64,000 bases of DNA, taken from NCBI GenBank assembly GCA_016748015.1, contig JAAOMT010000083.1, forward strand, positions 4,765-68,764, written 5' to 3'. This document shows positions 13,598 to 25,317 of this stretch, one piece after another (position 1 is the first letter of the stretch; each line of letters begins with the position of its first letter). Under the pieces are notes generated by a model, which ran no database searches, had not been told where the DNA came from, and was given only the letters and a program-made list of their open reading frames with translations. Origin of the DNA: Geosiphon pyriformis uo1. Its lineage: Eukaryota; Fungi; Glomeromycota. The translations under genes were made by a program, and so were the position numbers.

Positions 13598-14378
13598 ATT
13601 ATTGAAAAATTAACTTGAATGTTGTTGGTTTACAATATTATGCATGTTCTCTTATTTATTTTTTTATTTTAATCAAATTGCTTGTGAGATGTTTTCGAAT
13701 AGTTTGTTATGAATAAAATTTATGTATTAAAAATGTTTTCGAGAATTCAATTTCAAAATTCTAATACTTTTTAAAGAAAATGTAACTCGCCTTTTCCTTA
13801 TTTATGCATCGCGTGAGAAATGTGAAATTTAACTGTAATTTCCAATAAAATTTATACCTTCTGCTCGGATTTTCAGACGACACTAAATCCCTGTTTAATT
13901 TAGTTCGTTAGAATCCTTATTTGACAAAGTGAATATATGTAACAACCTGGAAGACTGTTATCTCAAAGTCGTGAAATAAAGATTTATTTTAACTGAAAAT
14001 CAGAAATGATTCATTTATTAAGAGATAGTTTTTATTAAAATTTTTTGGATTTTTAACCTAAAAATTTGAAAAGTTAGTTTATCAATATGAAGTTTGTTTT
14101 GAAATATTAAGAAGCTCTTCGGTTTTTAATAAAAAAATTTCTAAAAATTGTTCCACCGAAAAGCTTATCGTTATTTTTAAATAGCATTATTCGCTTATAT
14201 TAAAATTGGTTCTTCCAAATTTTATGTTGGTATTACTAGAAATTCAATTACCTTGAATACTTGAAAGAACGTGACAGTTTCAAAAATATTTTGATTTATG
14301 ATAACAGTTAGAAAATTTTGCACCACCATGAATTTTCATCTTCTCTTTGTTAAATTCCAAAACTCGTGAGAAAAAAAT

Positions 14379-15806
14379 TTATGCTTGATTATCACAGTGT
14401 CCCATTGTAATCCCAAAATAAGGACCAACATGAGTCCATGATTCCAAATCATCAACTGTGCCCTGATTACATTCCTTTAATTATAATCAAAATCAAATTT
14501 ATTTAATTTAGCAATTCAAAAATCAAATAAACCATAGCAAGCAATTTCAGCTATTTACCTGATTCTCACCGTGGGTTGAACCCCACTTTGGTCGATATCC
14601 TCGGCACTCGAAATAAAAATAGCCCCCCTCTAAAGGTGCTTTTTTGGGAGAACAATCGCATTCATCACGCGCGATCCAATACTCTGTATTATGGTGTAAA
14701 AATTTTGGTGGGGGATGAAATGAGCGAGGGACGTAATCATTTGAATGGGTTATCCTTTGCACTTTAATAAGTTTGTCGACGAGGATAGCAAATGACAAAT
14801 AACCAACTCGCGGCTGGCCAAATGTTGTGACTAGTATTTTTGGGTTACGTGATCTATTGTTAGAACAGTGGATCTGATAATAGAAAGCAGCGAGAACGGC
14901 ATAAGCTAGATTTTATTCACAAATTATTGAAAAGATTTATACTGAATTTAGTTTGAGTCTCATATATAATTAAGAATTATGCCAATATTAAAATTAAAGG
15001 AGGAAATACGAAACTTACCACCTCCAACTCCATGTCCCACAAAGTTTAAGTTTAATTCAAACGAAAGAAAATGATCAAGCTTTTCAAAAATTTCCCCTTT
15101 CATTTTTTTTACATCTTCATTCCATACTGAATCTACATATGTTTGATATTGTTGTAATTTTTTTTGTTCGAATAATTCAAGAGTTATTTTTGCCAGTTTA
15201 ACTTCTCGAGTTTCCCATTCCATACGGGATAACATTTTCCCAACGAAATAAATGATTAAGCGATTGTGTCTTTTGTCATAGACAATGTTAAAGCTTGGGA
15301 CTATTTTTTAAAAATTAATTTTAATATAACTTCAAGATTTTAAATGAAATTCGAGGAAAAGTACATTTTAACTTTTGCGTTGTCCTTTTTCTTCCATTCG
15401 TATTATCCACTGTTTCTGGACAATAGGCCATATTCGCGTATTGTGCAACATGAAACATTAAAAGTTTAAAGGCATCGTTCACATTTTGTTTCGTTCTATG
15501 TGGATAAGGTGGAAGGTTTTGATAAGCAGGATTATGAGATGGATGAGGACTCTGATTCTTATTTCTTTTATGAATTCTCGGATGTCTATCGAAAGTCACT
15601 GAAAGATTTGAATTTTCATTGATTGAATGTTGAATCTGTTGATATATAATAAAAGATTTCTCAAAACTTCTATTAACCAGGGAAAATTCATTTTTTGAAA
15701 AAATTTCATATTGAATTTTAAAATCATTTAAAAAGAAAAAAAGTAACAAGGAAACCTGACTACTCAATATAACAAAAAATGGTTTAGTTATATTGAAAGT
15801 TTCCAT
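14379..15806 (-). CDS. Class 3 lipase-like protein, nucleophile elbow GHGVGG (no catalytic Ser), apparently intact
   Basis: Minus-strand exons are about 15806-15365, 15300-15019, 14905-14559 and 14474-14379 (TAA), and the frame is open when spliced. Motifs: YANMAYC, FVGHGVGGAYA, TTFGQPRVG, RITHSNDYVP, LHHNTEYW, THVGPYFG. The 5' exon structure is less certain, with a possible extra in-frame intron at ~15576-15755. Confidence 0.85.
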
Positions 15807-18437
15807 CTTTGTCAAATTACAAATAATCTCTTTTGAAAGTTTGCAATTATATACACAAGAGTAATGAATATTTCCAATTAGAGATTAAAGATTTTAGGCA
15901 ATCTGCGAGATTAATTTTGTCATCTAAAATTAATAAATCTATACCTTATTTCTTTTTAATTATTCTTTGGGCTAATTCATTATTTTTCTTCTGTTTAGGA
16001 ATTATCAATCAGATGCTTATGCTATTCTTTCGGTTTAAAATTCGGTAACATCGATCGTTGTTGAATGATAAGCATCCTGGAAGGCAATGATAAATTTAAA
16101 CAATGAAAAATAAATTGCCGATTATTTAAAGATTTATTCCAAACAAATTTTGTTTCATTATTGGTTTTAAGAAAAACTTAATTAAGTATTCGAAAATCTC
16201 CCATCTAAGGAAATTCTCCTGCTCCAACTTTGATTGGAGTTGCTATTGATCAACTACATCTTTTGATATTATGGCAAAAGATCAGAATGGGTTTCAAAAT
16301 AAGAAATATTGTGTGTATTAAAATATTTTAATGATTAACATATTATTCCGTTTATAATTGATTATCTCTATTTGTATCCTATCAAGCCAAATACGTCAAA
16401 TATTTTGTTGAAATTCCAGATCTAATAAAAAAGATCTAATAAAAAAGATCAAATCCTCTATCCAGAAAAGATGACTCCTTTTTCTCAACCCTTAGATTTA
16501 TATTAAAAAGTTATTAAAGAATTTTCAATTTCGAAAATGGTGAGAATTTATATAAGAGTAAATAATTCCAAGAATTTCAAGATCTATAACGAGAACTTCT
16601 TCAAATTGAAAAGTTTTAAGGTAAATGGGAAGTCAATAAACTTCAATTTAAAGAATTCTTTTAGATTAATATAAATTAATCTTTGTTATTCAAATATTTT
16701 GGGTTTTTTCCCAAAAAATTTCTTTGACCATCAAACTAAAGATATCTGCACTTTTATTAAACAAATTAAATTCGATTACATAAGCAAATATTCGTCAAAC
16801 CCAAATGAAATATCAGGCACTATTGAATTTAATCCTATTCATTTGATCCTTTATTTTTTTCATCGCTTTTAGAAGCCTCCAAAGTTTGTCCAATTTATTC
16901 TGTTTCAAAATTTATTTAAAATTTTGAACAGTAAGTTTTTTGTGAGTTTAATTTAACATGTTTTATTTTTACATTTCATAGCTTGAACAGAACTTTGCCT
17001 ATGATAGTTGTATATTCTATTTGATTATGTTAATATATAATAATAATATTCTTACAAGTGTGTTACTTGAACTATTATCTCAGTTTAAAACTTTATAATA
17101 TCTGTTCAAAAAAAAAAAAATTTGTTAGAATAAAAGCTTACATAAAATAATATGAAAGCTTACCTCACAATTTAAATTTGAAGCTATTCTTTGAAGCATA
17201 TAAATTGTTATTTAAAAAGATGTATCTCATTTTCCTCAATTTTTAACACAAATTTTTGAGACCCAATCTATATTCTACATGTGGATAAGAGATTATATCT
17301 CATTTCTCATTATGCTATTTGAAAATATTTCCTTTTTATTATTATTGTTTTAAAAATTAAAAGTTATCAACTTTTAATTGAATTTATTAATATTTTATAT
17401 AATTTAAAAATTAATAAGAAACTATCAAAATAATAAATAAATTTACCTACTCTAAACCCAGGCTTTTTTATCAATCCCTAGCAAAAAAAATAAATCTCCC
17501 ATTTTCAAATATACATATCCCACTAAAGTTTATCGAATAAATTATATGCTAGCATTTATGGGTTAGTTCTGGATGCAGTGATGAAACTTTTTATATTTTG
17601 CAAAACGATTTAAAAAGTTTTGATTCAATGTATAATTAAAGAAAAATCAAATGGCCGAGTATCAACAGACTTGTGATCCCTATTTACTACCTGAAAATGA
17701 TATAAAAAATCTTTGCAAAAGGTTTTAGAGCAAAGTAGTTTTACTTTGTGATAAAGTGAATCAAAGTTATGGTAAAGAGTCAGATTAAAGGCATAAAAGT
17801 ATTTATCTGTTTGTAGAGTTATGAATTCTTTCCAGCTAAATGTCATTGTTGAATTTAGCGATTCCATCTTTGTGTAAAATTGGGATTAGATTACTTTTTT
17901 TTTAAAGGAGTTAAAAACTTGAGAATTGAAGCTATAGCTAGATTGCTCAGAGCTATTTTGGTGCAAATATTCTGTAGCTTTTAAAGCGAATCATGCATAT
18001 ATGATAATTTATTCTAATATATGGGTTATGAGCGGCAACAAGTATAGTATATAGACAAAATAAAAAAGATTAATGCTTTTCATCTCTCATAAAATTATAA
18101 TCAGCGACAATAAAAATTTTTTAAATCCTACCCACTATGACGCTTTTCTTTCCAGAGAAACTTTGTCTCATTTTCATTGTTTTAATGGTTAGAAATATTA
18201 TTATTTGAAAATGTTATTTTCTCGAAATAATTAATATTATTTCACGCGCTCTCATTGAAGTTACTTCATTATAATAAGGGGAAGTTTTTCATAAAACAGT
18301 TTCTTAATTAAATTTTGGTGTTATCTACTGACTGAAACTCAAGATAAACTTTACACAAGCGAGAGCCAAGGAAATTCCTTTTAAATTTGTTATTAAAGCC
18401 TATCACTGATAAAGAAGAGTGATATAGCTTTTTTTAA

Positions 18438-19240
18438 GGGAACAAACATATATCACGTCATTATGAAAGGGGCCTTGGAGGTAGCCACCAACAATTTGAA
18501 ACTTGTACTCATCATCGTATTGGGGGAAGGGGGAATTCAAAATCTCATCTCTCACATGATTTTATATGGCTTGTGATTTTGGATTTTTATTAGCCAATTA
18601 GAATATAGAAATGTCAAAATCTTACCACTTTAAATGGCACATGATTTATTAGCCAATTAGAAGATAGAAATGCAGTCTAATTTATGGTACATAAATTGAA
18701 CTTTTGGTATGCTGGATTTCCTATGTTTACCATACGACTATATCCAAATGCATTGAAAAATCTCTGGCGTTGATTTGTGGGAGTTTTATAAATATAAAAC
18801 TTGTTGTATTGCGGTGTAGTTAGGAAAGCTTGCATATTAGGAGAGTTTAGCAATAAATGAAATCAAAAATACAATATCAAAGACGCGATAGATCAGGAAA
18901 TAAAAGACGCGCTAGATTAGGAGATAAAAGACACGTTAGATTAGACACAAATTCTTGGTCATTTTTATATAAATAGGACAATGCGATAAGTTGAGATGTT
19001 TAGGCTAGTATATTTTTATAATAATTTCGATCATAAGTTTGATCATATTTATTTATACAAGTTTGATCATATTATGCCATATATTTATAGTGCATGTATT
19101 TATAATTGTGCATCATGAATAGCATATTATTATGATGTGAGATAACATTATTATGGAATGTCTGATTGCATATCTCACCAGGGGTGGGGGGAGGGATGGT
19201 CCTATAGTAATCAATAATGACGTGATATATGTTCGTCCCC
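18438..19240. mobile_element. Non-autonomous PIF/Harbinger-type element (Tourist-like MITE), 803 bp
   Basis: 27-bp TIRs: left GGGAACAAACATATATCACGTCATTAT, right (reverse complement) GGGGACGAACATATATCACGTCATTAT, with 2 mismatches. TAA duplication at 18435-18437 and 19241-19243. No ORF. Internal direct repeats at ~18585-18672 and a 3x ~24-bp repeat at ~18879-18948. Confidence 0.9.
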
Positions 19241-19456
19241 TAATATCAAAAAACATTTTTGGAAGCTCTAGGGGTTATGCAAGAAGGCAAATCTCCAGAC
19301 GATCTCTACCCGATTTCGAAAAGGCCTAGCCTTTTTTGGAATGTGATCAGAGGTTGAAATCCTTTATTTATTGGCAAGACAAACTCTTTAAAAATCCTTC
19401 TTTTACCAATACAAAATATTCAAGGTTTAATAATCTATTTCTGTTGCTTGAAAATC

Positions 19457-21121
19457 ATGTCTTCAACCTCTTCAATTGAAAACGCAACTTCCCCCCTCGA
19501 CTGGCTTGAAGGAACATTGCTTGTCATCAAAGAAAATTTGCCTATTTTTCCAGCTAATGAATATTCAAAAGTTGCTGACTTAGTTAAAAATCATCTTGTA
19601 CGCAATCAGAAAACACCTGAAAATTTTTTCGATTACTTGAATGAGAAAAATTCAAAGCGTCCGATAGATAATATTTTACTCGGCTTTTCTTTAGAACATG
19701 GGATTGGAACTATTCCTAATTTACCAAAAGCATTCCTAGAATATCAAAAAGCAGCGAAGGCAAAAATTTCTTTTGGACAATTCTTCTTAGGTTATTGTTA
19801 TGATAATGGAATTGGTACTTCACAAGATCAAGGAAAAGCATTTGAACTCTATTCAAAAGCAGCAGAGGTGGGACATTTAGAGGCACAATATAATCTTGCA
19901 CTTTGTTATGATAATGGAGAAGGAATGATAAAAAATTCAGAAAAAGCATTTGAACTTTATTCAAAAGCAACAGAGGCAGGACATTTAAAGGCACAATATA
20001 ATCTTGCAGTTTGTTATGATAATGGAGAAGGAACGATAAAAAATTCAGAAAAAGCATTTGAACTTTATTCAAAAGCAGCAGAGGCAGGACATTTAGAGGC
20101 ACAATATAATCTTGCACTTTGTTATAATAATGGAGAAGGAACGATAAGAAATTCAGAAAAAGCATTTGAACTCTTTTCAAAAGTAGCAGAGGCGGGAGAT
20201 CTTGATTCCCAATACAACCTTGCACTTTTTTATGCTAATGGAAAAGGAACGACAAAAAATTCAGAAAAAGCATTTGAACTCTATTCAAAAGTAGCAGAGG
20301 CGGGAGATCTTGATTCCCAATACAACCTTGCACTTTTTTATGCTAATGGAAAAGGAACGACAAAAAATTCAGAAAAAGCATTTGAACTCTATTCAAAAGT
20401 AGCAGAGGCGGGAGATCTTGATTCCCAATACAACCTTGCACTTTTTTATGCTAATGGAAAAGGAACGACAAAAAATTCAGAAAAAGCATTTGAACTCTAT
20501 TCAAAAGTAGCAGAGGCGGGAGATCTTGATTCCCAATACAACCTTGCACTTTTTTATGCTAATGGAAAAGGAACGACAAAAAATTCAGAAAAAGCATTTA
20601 AACTCTATTCAAAATCAGCAGAGGTAGGACATTTAGGTGCACAATACAACCTTGCACTTTGTTATGCTAATGGAAAAGGAACAACAAAAAATTCAGAAAA
20701 AGCATTTGAACTTTATTCAAAAGCAGCAGAGGCAGGACATTTAAAGGCACAATACAATCTTGCAGTTTGTTATGATAATGGAGAAGGAACGATAAGAAAT
20801 TCAGAAAAAGCATTTGAACTCTATTCAAAAGCAGCAGAGGCAGGACATACAGAAGCACAATTCGAACTTATAACTTGTTATGAATATGGATGTGGAACAA
20901 CGAAAAATTTGGTAAAAGTATTTAAACTCCATTTAAAAGCAGCCGAGGCAGGAGATAAAGATGCACAATACAAGCTTGGATGTTGTTATCTGAATGGAAG
21001 TGGAACAACAAAAGATCAGACAAAAGCATTGAAATATTATTTAAAAGCAGCAATGGAAGGAAATTTTTTGGCAATTTACAAATTCAACCTTTGTTTTGAT
21101 AGTAGATTGGGAGAATTCTGA
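19457..21121 (+). CDS. Sel1-like repeat protein (13 x 36-aa repeats), kinase-less paralog of 29320-34581
   Basis: Single open exon from ATG 19457 with repeats AQYNLAxxYxNGxGTxKNSEKAFELYSKAAEAG. The N-terminal ~140 aa align with the downstream paralog. Confidence 0.9.
   Translation: MSSTSSIENATSPLDWLEGTLLVIKENLPIFPANEYSKVADLVKNHLVRNQKTPENFFDYLNEKNSKRPIDNILLGFSLEHGIGTIPNLPKAFLEYQKAAKAKISFGQFFLGYCYDNGIGTSQDQGKAFELYSKAAEVGHLEAQYNLALCYDNGEGMIKNSEKAFELYSKATEAGHLKAQYNLAVCYDNGEGTIKNSEKAFELYSKAAEAGHLEAQYNLALCYNNGEGTIRNSEKAFELFSKVAEAGDLDSQYNLALFYANGKGTTKNSEKAFELYSKVAEAGDLDSQYNLALFYANGKGTTKNSEKAFELYSKVAEAGDLDSQYNLALFYANGKGTTKNSEKAFELYSKVAEAGDLDSQYNLALFYANGKGTTKNSEKAFKLYSKSAEVGHLGAQYNLALCYANGKGTTKNSEKAFELYSKAAEAGHLKAQYNLAVCYDNGEGTIRNSEKAFELYSKAAEAGHTEAQFELITCYEYGCGTTKNLVKVFKLHLKAAEAGDKDAQYKLGCCYLNGSGTTKDQTKALKYYLKAAMEGNFLAIYKFNLCFDSRLGEF
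20176..20599 (+). repeat. Perfect 108-bp tandem repeat (~4 identical Sel1 units)
   Basis: Units start at 20176, 20284, 20392 and 20500 and are nucleotide-identical up to ~20599. Confidence 0.95.
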
Positions 21122-21500
21122 GTCCACCAAATAAACTTGGAACGTGTTATCAAAATGGATAGGGAACACAAAAAACCTAAAAAAAAGTATTTGAACTCTA
21201 CTGAAAAGCATAGGCAAATAAATTAAGTCATTAAAATGATTTTCCTGATTTATATTAGGATGACCCGGAGCCTTTCAGTTTACAAATTCAAAGCAGAATT
21301 TATAGATTTTGAAACTTTCTTTAACCAGCTTTCAAATAAAAACTTGGGTATAATCATTAATGGATCTCATATATGTCCATTTCGTGATACGGATGAAAGG
21401 GATGATATCTTTCAAGTCGGGATTATCGGAATGTCTAAATCCATTTTGGTGTAAATCTTGCTAACGTTCACGATTTTCAAAGATTTAGCAAACATAGAAT
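21122..21500 (+). pseudogene. Decayed remnant of the last Sel1 repeat and Cys-rich linker of the Sel1-kinase family
   Basis: A frameshifted Sel1 unit (cttggaacgtgttatcaaaatgga...), 'EFIDFETFFNQLSN..NLGIII..CPF' and ccattttggtgtaaatcttg...tcacgattttcaaag align by eye to 33085-33330 of the paralog. No kinase follows. Confidence 0.85.
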
Positions 21501-22479
21501 ATTGATCACTAGACAGCATAATTCTGAAAAAAAAAAAATTTTTGGTTTTCATTTAGATTAAAAATAAGATTTGCTATAATGAGCATAAATTTTTAGTGGC
21601 GCATCATGAGTTATTTGATTTATTATTATGCTATATCTATTTTGTATTAAAGCTTAGTTTTTAGTAAATGATTGATTCTTTTCTTTATAAATATTTAAGT
21701 CTGAAGTCTTTTTGTTCGTTGAAACAGTTTTCTAACTTTTGCCTCTTGATCAGTTAGAATGTTTCTATGTTACATTATAATTTTCTTTTAATAAGTATTT
21801 ATAATTTTTTTCTATTAACAAAATTTTTAATTTAATTAACGATAATTACTATTAGGTATTTTTTAATTACCATTATTTTTATTTTGAAATTTTTTATTTG
21901 TAATATCTAATTTAAAAAATCAATCATGAGTTAAATTTTTAAATATAATAAGTAAATATTTAAGAATAAATAATATAAAATAATTATACAATAAAATTCA
22001 TTATTAAATCAATATATTATTTTAATTAACAAAATGAAATAATTTTTTATAATTAATATTTATTAAATTAAAAATAATCAATCATATAAAATGAAATTAT
22101 ATGTAATTTGAACCATTTATTAAATATTATTTGATAAGACTTAATAATTATTTATTTGTTCAAATTATTAAAAAACAAAATAATCAATTATCAATTGAAA
22201 ATTAAAATAAAACACTTTTAATTTATTAATGAAATATAATTTTAATTTTGATTTATTTTTAATGGAAATATATTTAAATTAAAGGTTAATATAATTGATT
22301 AATAAACTATTTTACAAACCGAATTTTTTGTTTTTAAATAGAAATATACAAACAAATTAAACAAAATTAAAATAGTTTTTTTAAATATAATTTTCATTAT
22401 TTTTACCTATCATATTTAATAAAATAAATTTTTTATTAACATCTTACATAATAAAAACTCTTTTCTCTTGTATTTTTTA

Positions 22480-24000
22480 TATTTATAACTAAAAAAAAGA
22501 GTAAAAAAGAAGCAAATATTATTTATTTTATAATAACTAAGAGTATTACCATTCAAAAAATTTCTTTAATAGTAAAAACAATTAAACAGTATTTTCTTTA
22601 AATAATATAAAAACAAAACAACCTATAATTGCTGAAAAAATATCTTTTTTATTTTCAATTACAAGTTTTTTCTTATAAAGTTTTTCAAAGTGATTCATTA
22701 AAAGTAGTTTTAGTTCGTTAAAATTCAATGACTTATAATCTTAAACTAGTAACCAAAGCAGCCAAAGAGCAACTTTTTTTAAGAGTACTAAAACCAATTC
22801 TTTTGATGTCATTTAAAGCGAATCAGTTTTTTTTTTTAAAAATAAGACATTATTTTTTTATGTTTTGTTTAGTGGTTTTATTAGTCTTGTATTACTAGTA
22901 CTAATTATAACGCTTAGTTTTATTTTGGTTTAAATAATAACTCCTTTTATCTTAAATAATAATAATAATAATAATAATAATAGCATGTTTACTATCTTTA
23001 ATTGCTTAATACAATAGTTTTTGGCTGATTATTACCCGTTTTAAAAACAAAATTAATACATAAATTTTTCTAATTAACTTATTATATTATTTAATCATAA
23101 AAATTGAATTAAAATTAAAGCTTTTTTTTTTGCTATTTAAAATATTATTGGTTTTAATAATATTAAAAAACAATTATTAATTATTAATATAAAATTGTTT
23201 ATTAAAAACCATAATAATTTTTTTTTTACATTTTAGTTTTTTTATATACTATTACTAGAATTTATTTGCTAAAATTTATCTCTTACTACTTTTAAAATTA
23301 CAACTTTTTGGTGGTTTTAAATTTGTTTATATTATTGCTATTATAGCTTTTTATAATATTTTTTAAAATTATTAATATTAATATTAAGAATATTCTAGTC
23401 TTAGATTAATATTTGCTGGTTTGTAACAATATATTATAATTTATTTTAAGTTTTTTGACGCTTTTAAAATTCTTCTAAATTGTTATTAATATTAGTAATA
23501 TAAATGTTTAGATATATAGTCAAGCTTGTTTTATTGTTCAGTTTTCTAATTGTAAACTGGTATTTTGAAGAAAAGTTATATTTATTTAAAACTTCTTTAA
23601 ATTAATGTTGTTAAAAATGCCAAAATCTAAATTATTTGGCATTTAAATATATAAAGTTGTTTTTTTTTGTTTTGCTAAAACATATATTTAAGTTATTTAC
23701 AATATTAATTTTTTTTTAAATCTTATTACTAGCTTTATTTTATATTTTAAAACTGCTGTTTTTCAAGCTTTTTTTATAATAAAGTTTTGTTTATTGTTAA
23801 TAATAAAATTAAAATAAACTGGGTTCTTTAGAGTATTATTTAAAAGATTTTATTTATTTGATTGAATTAATAATGATGCCTGTTAGCACTTTAATAATTT
23901 AGATTGCTGTTTTGCTTTTTGGCAAAAATGAGCTTTGAAAATAAAAACTCGGTTTTTTATTGTAAAAACTAAAATTAAGTTCTTAAATAATATTGTTGCA
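22480..24000 (+). mobile_element. Heavily decayed LINE ORF1 copy related to 60157-62250
   Basis: Collinear patches: aaagagtaaaaaa and gtaaaaacaattaaaca (22496-22590) versus 60174-60268. 'FAGL*QYIIIYF' (~23412-23447) versus 'SADV*QYVVVYF' (~61204-61240). Confidence 0.6.
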
Positions 24001-25282
24001 AATTTATACAAGAGTTTACTAAGCTAAAAAAATATAGTATGTATATGTAATAAATTTGGCTAAAAATTTTAATATAAGATAACTTATTAAGAAAATAATC
24101 CTTTAAATAAGTGAGTCTGTTTTTATAACCAAAATTTAAATTATTATATAAGTATATTAAGTAAATTAAGACTTTTTTCTCAATTTATTTGAGTTTAATG
24201 TAATATCTACATAAATATAAATGGCTAATTACATGTAAAAAGTATATTAATAGCATTTATGATAAGATACATATAGTTTTTTATATATAAGTAATAATCA
24301 AATCATATTTTATTAATATTTCAAATATAGTAAAAATTAAAATAAATTAAAATTTGATAAAATCTTTAAAACAAAAAAAAGAAAATTAATGTAATTTTTA
24401 AATATTATTAGAAGCTTAAAATTCAAAAGTAGTTGCTAACAATAAACAAATTGAATTATCAAAAAATTTTAACATCTATATTAGAAAATTTTTAAATATT
24501 GAGCAATAAAATTCTAACAGATTTACAAAAACAAAAATATTTTACTTGAGATTGATTTTATAGATTTTTTTAAATATAAATTTGATAAAATATTGGTCGT
24601 AATTGGTTAATTGAATGTTGTGATTATTTATTTTATAGTTAATTACATTTTGAATTTTCAAAATATTTTGGCAAAAATCATACCTAGTCTTTTTAAAGTT
24701 GATTTAAAAAGTTCTTAATTAAAGTTTGTTAATGCTTTTTGGTCGAAGTTGCATTATTTGTTAATTTTTACTTAGATTTGCATTTTGTTAGTCTTTAAAA
24801 TGGGGGGTTTTTTTTTGAATAAATGAATATTGCTTATTTTAAAATTCAATTATCCGTTATTTATTATCTAATTTACTAGATTGTTTGCTTTGTACATTAA
24901 AATATTTTTCACATTTTTGTTGAATTTGTTTTTATTTATATTCCGAGTGTTTAAGATAAAATTTACAATAAATTAAAGTATAAGTGTTAAGAGATAAAAC
25001 ATATCATAAAATGAGAATTTAATAACAATATTAGGACTCAAGCCAGGACTTTTTATTAATAATATGGTAAAACTTATTTATTTGCGCAACTTCTTAACTA
25101 GTTCTTTTTTAACTAAAGTAAATATTTTGTGTTAATTATTCCAAAAGTGTTGACCAAAAAAATTAAAGTTTTGTAAATTAACATTAAATTGTATTTATTA
25201 GTGCTATTTAATTGTTTTAGAAAATGCTTTGGTGTTGCAGTTGTCATCTTTGATCTATTTTTTTTAAAAACAATGAAATTTG

Positions 25283-25314
<32 letters not shown>
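25283..25314. repeat. (ATT)n microsatellite
   Basis: About 10 ATT units. Confidence 0.85.
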
Positions 25315-25317
<3 letters not shown>

